A stretch of DNA of 64,000 nucleotides from positions 10,101-74,100 of IMG/VR virus record IMGVR_UViG_3300045284_000107, one strand, 5' to 3'. Positions 17,057 to 26,959 of the stretch are shown one piece after another. The stretch is from a virus. Its lineage: Duplodnaviria > Caudoviricetes. Position numbers and translations under genes: made by a program. The notes below the pieces were generated by a model, which had not been told where the DNA came from, did no database searches, and worked only from the letters and a program-made list of their open reading frames with translations. The first letter of the stretch is position 1. The number at the start of each line of letters is the position of its first letter.

Positions 17057-17696
17057 AGGCACTACTTACGGCAAAATATGGTCTAAGTCCCAACCCTCCA
17101 ACACTAACAATTGGATGATTTAGGACCACATATGCATTTATTTTACTTAGGGTTTCTTCTGGTGGGGGTCCAAGGACTGCATACCCCTCGACCTTTGATA
17201 AATCTTCACTCGGCGGCGGTTTAAGGACCGCATACCCCTCAAACTTTGAAACGTCAACACTTAACCGAACATTTATAACCACATAGGTGATTAATTTGCT
17301 TAGGTCAAAATCTAAACTTGTTAGAACGGCATATGAATTTGTTTTTGCAAGTTCAATATCATTTGTTTCTAAAACAACATAGGAATTTAATTTTGAGGTA
17401 AGGGTTGGCGGTAAACTACTTCCACTTACCCCCGACTTACCATGAATATTCGCACTAAGTTGTATTTCTTTATATAAATCGCCACTTATACTACTTTGAG
17501 TATAGCTTCCAGTGTCCAGATCTACAGTTAAGAGGGTCGCCGTGGAAGTAATACTAGCCGCGGATTGTGTCTCTATTGTAGTAGTAAGACCAATCCCTGC
17601 AACCAGGGCTTCGCGTACTATACCACTGAGGTTTACCTGTCCAGCATCAGCTACTAAGGCTTCACGCCTTAACCCGCCAAGGCGTGCGTCGGTCAT
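17055..17696 (-). CDS. Virion / tail-fibre-associated protein with six SKxxxYxVL repeats
   Basis: Last gene of the tail operon; 15-17-aa repeats. Confidence 0.55.
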   Translation of the reverse strand: MTDARLGGLRREALVADAGQVNLSGIVREALVAGIGLTTTIETQSAASITSTATLLTVDLDTGSYTQSSISGDLYKEIQLSANIHGKSGVSGSSLPPTLTSKLNSYVVLETNDIELAKTNSYAVLTSLDFDLSKLITYVVINVRLSVDVSKFEGYAVLKPPPSEDLSKVEGYAVLGPPPEETLSKINAYVVLNHPIVSVGGLGLRPYFAVSSA

Positions 17697-17713
17697 TTGA
17701 TAAGACCTAAGTC

Positions 17714-19198
17714 CTACGAGTCAACTTTGAGGCCACTTTGGGCAGCGTTGAGAGTTATTCCGGTCCAGGGTGCCCCAGCCGACGGTTCAGTAATAAACAA
17801 CGACGTTAACCATCCAAAACTTGTCGCGGGAACAATCCCCGTCACCGAACCTCCACTATCCGTTCCAGATGATAATATTCTTAAACTTACAGATTTTGCA
17901 CCTGAGTCTGAGCGTTGAATATAGGCCTTTACTGCTACCCCATATACGACTGCGGGCAAAGCACTTAACGGGCCAAAATTATACAAGTCCTCATGCCCCA
18001 CAGTAGCATCAAAAACATAACTAGGCAGACCTGCGGGCGGCGATAAACTTACCTCATACCAATTATTCCCTGTAACTCCGGTCAGATTACCCCACAACAA
18101 CCATGAGCCAAATCCAGCCGTCATCGCCGGAGCTGTACCTGGCGCGCCCGAACTGAAAGTTGCATTCGCTCTATATCCAAGGGCATTATTATCACTTGCA
18201 GCCATATTAAACGCCGTGTCAGTCATAAAACCAAGCCAATACTGTGTCCCTGCACTTAAACTTTGTGGCGTGGTTAAATTCAAAGTCAAAGGTACACCTG
18301 AGCTAATACCTGTAACTGTAGACCCCGCGGACATTAGTGTTCCGGCCGCCCCAGAACTATCCGAATAAATAACAGGCCTAAAGTTCGCCGTGGCACTTGA
18401 AGCATTTGAAGAGATTGAAATTGAATTAATTGTTCCCGCTACAACAGGGGTGAAACGTCTCAGTCCCATACAATTCGCCACTGTCGCGACACTACCTTGG
18501 GTCCGTTGCCCCGCAGATCCCAATATCGCCGCTCCAAATCCAAACTGTACCGTTCCATCACTTGTAGGAAATGTAGTCTCAACCCTAGGGCTTGTCAAAA
18601 GCACCGCGTTATTGGTTGATCCGGTCGGGTCAAAAATGTACAAATCGTCAAATTGGCAAGCTCCGGCGGCACTCGGCTGGGTCAATTGAAACCCATTAGC
18701 AAACGCATTGGCCGAGGCTGTCGTATCCCCCGTCCCAGACATTACACTCACACCATCCATCCAAATCTGATACGATGCGGAATTTCCAAACGTAATGTCC
18801 CATTCATAATAATGAATACTGTTGGCCGTAATAGAGGTAGGGCTAGTTGCTATAACGGTCCCGCCTACAGTCCCATTTCTAAACGTAACAGTCGAAGCAA
18901 TTGAAATACAACACTGAACCGTGCCACCATCTAAAAAATATACCCCACATGTTCCTGTAAAAGCAGACGAAATTCTTATGCCGCCAATTAGCCGATTATA
19001 ATTAGTCGGAAGTACCTTGGTTAATGTACCCGTTCCGCCCGGTTGCATCGCAAATCCAGGACTACTTAGTCCCGCCACGATTGTACAAAGATTACCAGAG
19101 GAGTTCCATTCACCCGCCGTCATAAGCAAGGAGGCATATCCAGCATTAGAATTAAGCCCACCGTATTTATCAAACCCGTCCATAAAAATAAGTGCCAT
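17714..19198 (-). CDS. Minor tail / fibre protein (beta-rich)
   Basis: MALIFMDGFDKY start, G/S/T-rich, C-terminal PSAGAPWT; located downstream of the tail tip. Confidence 0.6.
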   Translation of the reverse strand: MALIFMDGFDKYGGLNSNAGYASLLMTAGEWNSSGNLCTIVAGLSSPGFAMQPGGTGTLTKVLPTNYNRLIGGIRISSAFTGTCGVYFLDGGTVQCCISIASTVTFRNGTVGGTVIATSPTSITANSIHYYEWDITFGNSASYQIWMDGVSVMSGTGDTTASANAFANGFQLTQPSAAGACQFDDLYIFDPTGSTNNAVLLTSPRVETTFPTSDGTVQFGFGAAILGSAGQRTQGSVATVANCMGLRRFTPVVAGTINSISISSNASSATANFRPVIYSDSSGAAGTLMSAGSTVTGISSGVPLTLNLTTPQSLSAGTQYWLGFMTDTAFNMAASDNNALGYRANATFSSGAPGTAPAMTAGFGSWLLWGNLTGVTGNNWYEVSLSPPAGLPSYVFDATVGHEDLYNFGPLSALPAVVYGVAVKAYIQRSDSGAKSVSLRILSSGTDSGGSVTGIVPATSFGWLTSLFITEPSAGAPWTGITLNAAQSGLKVDS

Positions 19199-19199
19199 G

Positions 19200-19862
19200 T
19201 TACGATGACCTTATGTTCAAGGAGCCTGCGGGGAAACTTACCAATACCCCGGCCGATATAATTTGTGGCACGACCTTTCGTACCATTCCATTCCCCGGCG
19301 CGGAAGTATTAACTCCCACTCCGCCATTTGTAACCGTAAATGAATTAGTCAAAGGTGATCCGCCAACAATCAACGGCCCCGTAAAGCTCCCAACCGCAAA
19401 CGTAGGATTAGTACCCCCATATTCAATCGTCCATTGTACCGTGTCACCCGCCAAATATCCATGTGCAGGAGAGGTAATAATAGCAGGTGTACCACTGCTT
19501 ACAGTGGCGGGGAACCACAAATAATTCCCCAGAAAGTCCCAAGCCAAAAGATTTCCCGTGGTCAAGGCGTCAAAGATGCCCATTCCAATCGCAGTTCCCC
19601 AAGCGGCAGTAGGAATAGGAAATGCTATAGGATTAGCATTTACGATTGAGGATGGCCCCGACCCTGTGGCGGCATTCCAATCTGCCGCCGCAGTTGCCAC
19701 CCGCGCATACCCGGTCCCCGAGACTTCTGTAAATCCTGTCCCTGCATCTATCCCTACCCCAGTGAACAGGCCTACATGGGCGGTAGGTATAGAAAACAAG
19801 GCAGACTTGCCAGTGACATGGTTCAGAATGCCTTGAGACACTCTATCTGTAAAGCCAGTCAT
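19200..19862 (-). CDS. Minor tail protein
   Basis: HVGLFT...EVSGTGYARV...NANPIAFP...WGT...GIFDALTTGNLLAW, a common siphophage minor-tail pattern. Confidence 0.65.
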   Translation of the reverse strand: MTGFTDRVSQGILNHVTGKSALFSIPTAHVGLFTGVGIDAGTGFTEVSGTGYARVATAAADWNAATGSGPSSIVNANPIAFPIPTAAWGTAIGMGIFDALTTGNLLAWDFLGNYLWFPATVSSGTPAIITSPAHGYLAGDTVQWTIEYGGTNPTFAVGSFTGPLIVGGSPLTNSFTVTNGGVGVNTSAPGNGMVRKVVPQIISAGVLVSFPAGSLNIRSS

Positions 19863-19877
19863 TACCGTCCCTTTCTT

Positions 19878-20897
19878 TTAGGCCAACGCCTTAACGCCAT
19901 AGTTAAACCCCGCAGCTGTAAAATCCGCAATGAGCCACGGAGCGGAGGTATTGGGATTTAAGGCCCATTGACGAGAATAATTATTAAACGACGTAGACAA
20001 GGCAATGGACAACCCGGCCAAATAATCCGTCCCCGAAGTTCTAAGTGACCAATCCATATGTTGGGGGCCGGTGGCCCCAACCTGAGCGCGCGCCTCTTGG
20101 AAAAATCCTAGAACATTCCAAGTCCCTGCGGGGGCTACCGCGCCAGAGGGAGACCATTGTGAAAGATCATTATTCACCGTTGTGCTTACGAACGTGCCGT
20201 CTGAATTGTTGATTTCGTTTATGTTTCCAACAGTGTTAGGGAGCCATGATTGGGTGTTGCCCGACGCGGTAGCCGGTAAGGTCCACAGGGCCATTCCCCT
20301 CGTATCCTGATCGGCCACAATAATTTCCGAATAAAGTGTTTGGCCATTTGTGCCCCAATTAGATAATTCAACCTGATTTAACTGTGTCGCCGAGTCCGTG
20401 CGGGGATCTCCCGCAAAATTCACAACCATAGTCCCATTGAGCCAAACCTGTATCCCACCGGACACACTATAATCAATCTTTACATCTAAGGAATACAGTG
20501 TTGAGCTTGTGTGGGACGAGGAAAACGTGGCCAAATCAGTCAAAGTTCCCGCCGCATTCCTACTTGAAACTTTCGGCGTACCATACAACGATGCCGATGT
20601 TCTAATTACAATCCTTGACACCCCATCAGGACTACGAAAAAGTACATTCTGGCAATTTAAGACCGATCCTGTGTCTGTATCAAAAAACACACAATGAAAC
20701 CACACAACAGAACTGGATGTGAACGTGGGTAACTGTATTCGGTTGGCGGGCGGATCTGCCGTGGAGTTGCCACTATTTGCCCCCACCGCACACCGGCCAT
20801 ATCCAGCCCGAAACCGCCCGGTACTCGTACTTATCTGAGGAATTTGCGGGAATCCAGTAAATCCAATATCTTCCCCGGTCGCTTGCAAGATGGCCAT
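19878..20897 (-). CDS. Minor tail / fibre protein
   Basis: Beta-rich; C-terminal NPNTSAPW resembles the end of 17714-19198. Confidence 0.55.
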   Translation of the reverse strand: MAILQATGEDIGFTGFPQIPQISTSTGRFRAGYGRCAVGANSGNSTADPPANRIQLPTFTSSSVVWFHCVFFDTDTGSVLNCQNVLFRSPDGVSRIVIRTSASLYGTPKVSSRNAAGTLTDLATFSSSHTSSTLYSLDVKIDYSVSGGIQVWLNGTMVVNFAGDPRTDSATQLNQVELSNWGTNGQTLYSEIIVADQDTRGMALWTLPATASGNTQSWLPNTVGNINEINNSDGTFVSTTVNNDLSQWSPSGAVAPAGTWNVLGFFQEARAQVGATGPQHMDWSLRTSGTDYLAGLSIALSTSFNNYSRQWALNPNTSAPWLIADFTAAGFNYGVKALA

Positions 20898-20899
20898 TT

Positions 20900-21985
20900 C
20901 TAGTTCCTCGCTCCAACGATTGTCCCATAAAGGCCGGCGATTGTACCATCAAACCCTGAATGTGCATACATTCGTAATCTCTGTCCCTGTGTGACATTGA
21001 ACGAGCCACAAGTCCAAGATCCCGAAGTCGAACCAGCGTGAATAGTCATACTTCCTACAGGCGTTCCCACCCCTGCCACATCAATCAATTGCAAATTAAA
21101 TACCGCGTCCAATAATGGCGCGATCTGACATCCCGGCAACGGACTTTTAGCCAGGTTTGCGTCAAAATTAACTGTCCACGGAAATTCTGCATCAAAAATC
21201 TGATAATTACTATCCCACGGATCCAGGACCAAATCTGTAATAAGTCCTCCGACCGAAAACGGCGTAACCCACAATCCGCGCGCCAACCCCGAACCAGTCA
21301 AAGTATAATTATATACCGGCAACATAGATATATCTTCTAGATTGCCCCCAACCGAATTGAAGGATGGAAATTTAAAACTTACCATGGTCCCGATCATAAT
21401 GGACGGATAAGTATGGGAGAATATCTGTCCTCCGACAAGTCCAAACTGGCCACCTATTGGATGGGCCGAGATTGCCGTGTCGAACATTCCCCGCCTCAAA
21501 TATGTGTCCAAATCGTACATACTTGGCGCGGTCAATACAACATTAGAATATCCTACAAGTTCCCCATCTACATAGGCTAGGGTAATCCCAACATCCGCAT
21601 CGCCGGCACTTGCTGCATCTATGACCCCATCACACATTCCCGTGTCCACAGATAACACATTTGTAGTGTCGGGGTCCGAACCGGCCAGGAAATTGGCCGA
21701 CAACATCCCTTGGACGCCACCCGTCATCATAGTGCCCAATTGGCCATATGAAGTGCCGCCATCTACCGAAGCCCAAATCTGGCACCCGCCCCAATCCTCT
21801 GTCGGACCCGTAACAATTATCCACAGCGATAATTGGCCCGCCGAAAGGCTCGGGTTGGGTTCAAAAATAATCGGCTCATTAACACTTGGCGGAAACGTGT
21901 CAATAATATCCGTGTAGCCGCCCGATCCTGAAACTTGTGAGTCATAAAGATAAGCCGTTCCAACGCCTGACGGGGAGAGTGCCAC
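20900..21985 (-). CDS. C-terminal half of a GTA-type tail-tip (megatron-like) protein, as a separate gene
   Basis: PIIFEP...WGGCQIWASVDGG.SY...GELVGY...YLRRGMFDT..SAH...KFPSFN. Confidence 0.7.
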   Translation of the reverse strand: MALSPSGVGTAYLYDSQVSGSGGYTDIIDTFPPSVNEPIIFEPNPSLSAGQLSLWIIVTGPTEDWGGCQIWASVDGGTSYGQLGTMMTGGVQGMLSANFLAGSDPDTTNVLSVDTGMCDGVIDAASAGDADVGITLAYVDGELVGYSNVVLTAPSMYDLDTYLRRGMFDTAISAHPIGGQFGLVGGQIFSHTYPSIMIGTMVSFKFPSFNSVGGNLEDISMLPVYNYTLTGSGLARGLWVTPFSVGGLITDLVLDPWDSNYQIFDAEFPWTVNFDANLAKSPLPGCQIAPLLDAVFNLQLIDVAGVGTPVGSMTIHAGSTSGSWTCGSFNVTQGQRLRMYAHSGFDGTIAGLYGTIVGARN

Positions 21986-22003
21986 GATGATTGTCCTTTC
22001 GTT

Positions 22004-24064
22004 TTAGTACAAGACCTTGGTAGTCTGTAAGGGTTCGGGGCCGTCCAAGATCAATTCTGGCCCTGAACTTAGAAGTTTCCCTTTAGGAAATCTCAGATCT
22101 AGGTCGGCCAAATGTCTAAAAGCACTTTCGTTTGGATCTCTAGGAATGGAATTTGTATTCCTAAATATTGATGGGCTGTTTATGGCCCGTTTTGTGGTCC
22201 ACCAAAAATTACTTGTATCCCCCCTAAATCCACTATAAAACACAACGTCTTTGACTAACGAAAACTTTAACATTGGCGGCAAGACAAGGCCCGAACCCAT
22301 AACACTATCCACATCGTGGCCATCCACCCACAATATAATCCTCTGAAACCCATCCAACGTCCATGTCAATAACAAATGTTGCCAAGTGCTATTTGTCAAA
22401 ATTATGTCTTGATCGGTCTGAAAATAAAACTCTCCATCTAAGATTACACTAAGAGACAGGTTTTCATCTATAAAGACCTTTAATTGTATGTGGCCATTAC
22501 TGTCTATGGCGGTGATTAGATCACAGGTCTCGCCCTTGGGTATTTCCTGATCCATATTGACCCACAGGGATAGGGTGCCTTGAGAACTGTCTTGTAATTG
22601 GGGATCTTGCCAAATATAAGCACTTTGACCCGTAAATGTCAGGGCAGCTAATGGTGGAGGTGTACTTACAGGCGCAGCGCCGCCCATTTGTGGATCTTCA
22701 CATGTAAAAATCAAATCCCCGTTGTCATTTTCTTCAATGGTCAAGATACGGACTGGATAATGGTCCAGGTATGTGTCCCCAGCATGGCCGGTCAACGTGA
22801 CCATATCCATTGGCTCTAACAAACAATATTGCCATCCCAACTGAAACTTTATCTGATTGTTGCGGATATACATCCGCCGTTGCATAAGTAATTGAATGGA
22901 GATTTGGGCCGAATACTGATTACAAAAGGCCCGCCCTGGTAATGAGTCCCCAATCCGTAACCCATACGTATCAATTGCGCCTTGGTCATAAGCAGTTATG
23001 ATTGTAGAGTTGTAAAAGTTTTTGCGGTCCATATATTCCATTGAGATCCAATTATCTGCATCCGCCGGGTTGGACCTCATCAACATGATTGGGTCATCAT
23101 CTCCAGGAGTTGGTATCCCTCCCTCTTGGTGTGGGTTCCAGGGCAGAAAATCATCATCCGTCAAATCATATTGATAGGTAAATGTAAACGGATACCAATA
23201 TGCACCGTTGTTGTTGAGTTCTAGATCCCCATAAGGGACGACCTTTAACAAACGTCCTGACCAAACCATTGTCGAATTAGTCAAAATTATCAAACCATTT
23301 AACCATTCAATTGCCTTTTGGTGCCCGTCTAGACTGGAACTTACCAGCAAGGACGCCGCCTGACAGTAATCCCCATATGTATTTAGGATCACCCCATCTG
23401 GGTCATGAGTTAGGCGATCCAAGCATTCTGGTGGAAAGCCCGCCCCGTACCTAACATTAGTCAAAAAATCTGTTATTATGTCTCCTGGATTTGCATCGGC
23501 GGTATATGCCCCCACATTTACGCCGGTCATCATTCCCGTAATTTCTATCCCTACGTTTGGTAAGACCGGAGATTGTCCAAGGTCCATTGGCGTCCCAGTA
23601 ACATGCACGGTCCCACTATAACCCAAACTATTAAAACTTGGGTCGGGGGTCTGCCCATCATATCCCAGATAGGCATGTAATCCCGTAGATCCAAACGATG
23701 CAACCCCGGCCGAGGAAAAAACTAAATTAGCAGTTGTACCCCCGACAGGGCCTTGACACAAGGCAAAATCTACAAACACGCTATAGTGGCCATTCTTTTT
23801 GCCGCCCTTACCCTTACTGCTACCCCCGCCTTTTCCTGATTGGGAGGTGCCACTTAGGGGCAACGATCCCGTCTTGCCTTTTTTACCTTTTGGTCCCTTA
23901 TAATTCTTAAGATCTATAAGATTGACCTGTTGCCGACACGTCCCATAGATCAATGGGATTACAGATCCTTGTTGTGACGTATTATAATGCAAAGCATTTT
24001 TGGCCTGGTGCTGCCAAGCCGTGTTCTGCAAAAACGACTGTTGGGGCCGAAAAATCGAACTCAT
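22004..24064 (-). CDS. Tail-tip hub protein, paralog B, with C-terminal LamG-like domain
   Basis: IPLIYGT, LCQGP, DANPGDIITDFLTNVRYGAG, EENDNG; then LSLWVN...WQHLLLTW. Confidence 0.8.
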   Translation of the reverse strand: MSSIFRPQQSFLQNTAWQHQAKNALHYNTSQQGSVIPLIYGTCRQQVNLIDLKNYKGPKGKKGKTGSLPLSGTSQSGKGGGSSKGKGGKKNGHYSVFVDFALCQGPVGGTTANLVFSSAGVASFGSTGLHAYLGYDGQTPDPSFNSLGYSGTVHVTGTPMDLGQSPVLPNVGIEITGMMTGVNVGAYTADANPGDIITDFLTNVRYGAGFPPECLDRLTHDPDGVILNTYGDYCQAASLLVSSSLDGHQKAIEWLNGLIILTNSTMVWSGRLLKVVPYGDLELNNNGAYWYPFTFTYQYDLTDDDFLPWNPHQEGGIPTPGDDDPIMLMRSNPADADNWISMEYMDRKNFYNSTIITAYDQGAIDTYGLRIGDSLPGRAFCNQYSAQISIQLLMQRRMYIRNNQIKFQLGWQYCLLEPMDMVTLTGHAGDTYLDHYPVRILTIEENDNGDLIFTCEDPQMGGAAPVSTPPPLAALTFTGQSAYIWQDPQLQDSSQGTLSLWVNMDQEIPKGETCDLITAIDSNGHIQLKVFIDENLSLSVILDGEFYFQTDQDIILTNSTWQHLLLTWTLDGFQRIILWVDGHDVDSVMGSGLVLPPMLKFSLVKDVVFYSGFRGDTSNFWWTTKRAINSPSIFRNTNSIPRDPNESAFRHLADLDLRFPKGKLLSSGPELILDGPEPLQTTKVLY

Positions 24065-24076
24065 TTATGTGGCCCC

Positions 24077-26383
24077 CTAGAGATACGGATCATCATTACA
24101 GATCGTCAACGAGGCCCCCACAAGACCCAGATTAGGATATGCCAAGTCTCCGCCCCCGCCACTACCACTTACTCCATAAAAATTCTCCCAATACAAATGA
24201 TCGTCAGGTTTAAACCCCGCCCGGTTATACGCATAATACGATTGGTCAAGTCCGGGCTGGTTAGGATTTAAATTACCTACGGCTGGATAATGCAAGAATA
24301 CATGAGGAGATTTACCAAACGGATACTCGCCGCGAGGTCCAAGATCCTTAGCACTTCCGTCAGGGTTCCTAAACGAACTCGGGCTTGAATGTTGCGCCGA
24401 ACCATCAAACCACAAGTCCTGGGTGCAACCTCTCAGTGTCCCGCCAATCACGCCAAAGTTCGCGCCCGAATAAAATATAATAGTCCGCTCATTTGAATAC
24501 TTTACGTCATACCAGGGTATAAGAATAGACGATAAAGCAAAATCATAAGCCCGTTCGCCGTCTACCCAAGCATTTACTTTGGGGCTGGCCCAACTAAACA
24601 GCACATGATGCCATTGCCCATCAAACTTTAAAACTTCTGGATTAGACAAGAGAGAAATTTTATTAGCCGTATAGCTGCCTGCCACCCAGCCAAACAACCT
24701 CCCACGCCAATCTACCCCCAATCCCAACTCCATCCTCACATCACTTGGATCAGGTGGTTGGGTATGAACAAAGAAAAACCTACTATCAAACGCGCCGTCG
24801 GGGCCGGTCGGAGCCTCATCTTCGGTAATTTTAACCCATACGCTTAATGAGCCGTGGCGACTATCCGGCGGATGTGTATGCTCCCAATTAAAATTAGGAA
24901 ATGTAGCATAGCCGGGGGTGGTAGATGGCCATATACAACCCGAAACGGTCATATGTACGGCCTTTTGATGATCCCTAAATGTCTCGCCGGTCATTGGCGC
25001 CGCGGTTCCAGGCTGCGGATCTTCCCCTGTAATTATCAAATCCCCATTATCATTTTCTTCAATAGCTGTAATTCGGACCGGATACTTGTCTAGATATTTG
25101 TCCCCATGAAGGCCCGTGACAGAGACAAAATCCATAGGTTCCAACAAGGCATACCGCCATCCAACCTGGAACTTCACCCCTGTGTTTCGAACATAAAGTT
25201 TGCGCTGAAGAAGAATTTGGAGCGAGATGGAGGCCGATCCAAGGTCCGCAAACGCCCTCCCCGCGATTGAGTCCCCAATCCTGAGACCATAAGTATCTAT
25301 GGCACCTTGGTCAAACGCGGTCAAAATGGTCGAAGCATAAAAGTTTTTTCTATCTGTATATTCAATACTGTGCCAGTTATCAGCATCGGCGGGATTTGAA
25401 CGAGTGATAATTATGGGATCGTCATCTCCAGGATTGACTGGCGCGCCATCCTGATGTGGAGCAAAGGGCAGAAAATCATCATCATCCAAATCATATTTAG
25501 GTACAAAGTCCGGTATCCAATGAGCACCATTGCGGTTTAATTCTGCATCACCGTAAGGGATGATTTTTAATTGTTTGCCGGACCAAACCATTGCGGAGTT
25601 GGTCAATTGACAAATCCCCTGCATCCATTCAATTGCCTTCATATGTCCATCTAAGGCCACACTAATCAACAAGTAATTGGACTGACAATAATCGCCGTAA
25701 GTATTGACCCGGCCGGGCAAACGGGTCAGGGGGGCGACACATTCGGGCGGGAACCCCGCCCCATATCTAGGATTAGTCAAAAAATCCGTAATACACTCGG
25801 CGGGGTTTGCGTCTTTTGGATTGGACGGCCCAGTGTTAATGCCAGTCATAAACCCATTGATTTCAAACCCAATATTCGGCACAACAGGAGACTGTCCTAG
25901 ATCTATTGGCGTCCCTGTGACATGGCATGTTCCACTATAATTTACCTTATTAAAATGTGGGTCTAAGGCCTGTCCATCTTGGCCCTCATAAAAATGCAAT
26001 ATAGACGATCCAAACTGCTCGACCCCAGACGACGAATAAATAGTATTGTGTGGGTCGAAATGTACGGGGCCTTGGCATATCGCAACGTCTATATTGACAG
26101 AATAATGTTTGTTCTTTTTCGCGCCTTTGCCCTTACTTCCACCTGATCCCTTACCAGTCTGGGAAGTCCCAGACAATGGAATAGATCCTACTTTGCCTTT
26201 TTTGCCTTTCGGCCCCCTGTAATCATTCAAATCAATAAGGTTCATTTGCACGCGCACGGTGCCATATATCAATGGCAAAACCGATCCCTGCTGAGACGTA
26301 TTGTAATGTAAAGCATTTATAGCACTATGTTGCCAAGCGGTATTTTGCAGGAACGATCTCTTGGGTCGAAACAACGAACTCAT
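24077..26383 (-). CDS. Tail-tip hub protein, paralog A, with C-terminal LamG-like domain
   Basis: Collinear with paralog B over about 450 aa; then LSVWVK...WHHVLFSW. Confidence 0.8.
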   Translation of the reverse strand: MSSLFRPKRSFLQNTAWQHSAINALHYNTSQQGSVLPLIYGTVRVQMNLIDLNDYRGPKGKKGKVGSIPLSGTSQTGKGSGGSKGKGAKKNKHYSVNIDVAICQGPVHFDPHNTIYSSSGVEQFGSSILHFYEGQDGQALDPHFNKVNYSGTCHVTGTPIDLGQSPVVPNIGFEINGFMTGINTGPSNPKDANPAECITDFLTNPRYGAGFPPECVAPLTRLPGRVNTYGDYCQSNYLLISVALDGHMKAIEWMQGICQLTNSAMVWSGKQLKIIPYGDAELNRNGAHWIPDFVPKYDLDDDDFLPFAPHQDGAPVNPGDDDPIIITRSNPADADNWHSIEYTDRKNFYASTILTAFDQGAIDTYGLRIGDSIAGRAFADLGSASISLQILLQRKLYVRNTGVKFQVGWRYALLEPMDFVSVTGLHGDKYLDKYPVRITAIEENDNGDLIITGEDPQPGTAAPMTGETFRDHQKAVHMTVSGCIWPSTTPGYATFPNFNWEHTHPPDSRHGSLSVWVKITEDEAPTGPDGAFDSRFFFVHTQPPDPSDVRMELGLGVDWRGRLFGWVAGSYTANKISLLSNPEVLKFDGQWHHVLFSWASPKVNAWVDGERAYDFALSSILIPWYDVKYSNERTIIFYSGANFGVIGGTLRGCTQDLWFDGSAQHSSPSSFRNPDGSAKDLGPRGEYPFGKSPHVFLHYPAVGNLNPNQPGLDQSYYAYNRAGFKPDDHLYWENFYGVSGSGGGGDLAYPNLGLVGASLTICNDDPYL

Positions 26384-26853
26384 TGTGCGGCGACCTCTGA
26401 TATTTTATCCGACATTTCATCTTCTAACATCAAGGGCCTATAAAAGACCCTAGCTTTGGACATTAAATGTCCTTGTGTCCCATCCGCATATATGACCCCG
26501 CGCGTCACATACGAATGAATGATACGGGGCCATTCAACTATAATTCCCCCATGCGAAAAGACCCGCCCCACACGATACAAGACTAGATCCGCCGGTAAGG
26601 CCTCTGCCATTGTAATTGGCCGCGAAAATCTCTCTACGATAGATTTGTACCATTCCTCTGAACGATGTAGGTGAAAATCTCGTGGATAATATGCCGTCTT
26701 GACGTGGGGTATAAATCCACACTCCTCAAACACCCCAAGTAAAAACTGGCCACAATCCACCCCTGCACCCTTGCACCGTTGTAGGTGATGGAATGGTGTC
26801 CCTACCCATTCCCCGGCCACCTGCAAAACCTTCTGTCTTCTTTCATTTAACAT
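26380..26853 (-). CDS. NlpC/P60 tail-associated peptidase (GTA-type)
   Basis: WVGTPFHH...GVDCGQF...SHGGI. Confidence 0.88.
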   Translation of the reverse strand: MLNERRQKVLQVAGEWVGTPFHHLQRCKGAGVDCGQFLLGVFEECGFIPHVKTAYYPRDFHLHRSEEWYKSIVERFSRPITMAEALPADLVLYRVGRVFSHGGIIVEWPRIIHSYVTRGVIYADGTQGHLMSKARVFYRPLMLEDEMSDKISEVAAQ

Positions 26854-26854
26854 T

Positions 26855-26959
26855 TTAGTCTCCTACTGCATTTATGGCCCACATAAGACCCTCCACAATC
26901 AACAGCCACAAAACTATGCCCAAAATGACAAACCCCACCCGCCATAAAAATTTCTTCAA
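26855..26959 (-). CDS. Small single-pass membrane protein (34 aa, not in ORF track)
   Basis: MKKFLWRVGFVILGIVLWLLIVEGLMWAINAVGD; TTGA overlap; fills the gap exactly. Confidence 0.4.
   Translation of the reverse strand: MKKFLWRVGFVILGIVLWLLIVEGLMWAINAVGD

Noticed and set aside
22004-26383. Diversity-generating retroelement or invertase switch for the tail paralogs
   Set aside because: No reverse transcriptase, adenine-specific TR/VR pair, recombinase or flanking inverted repeats seen
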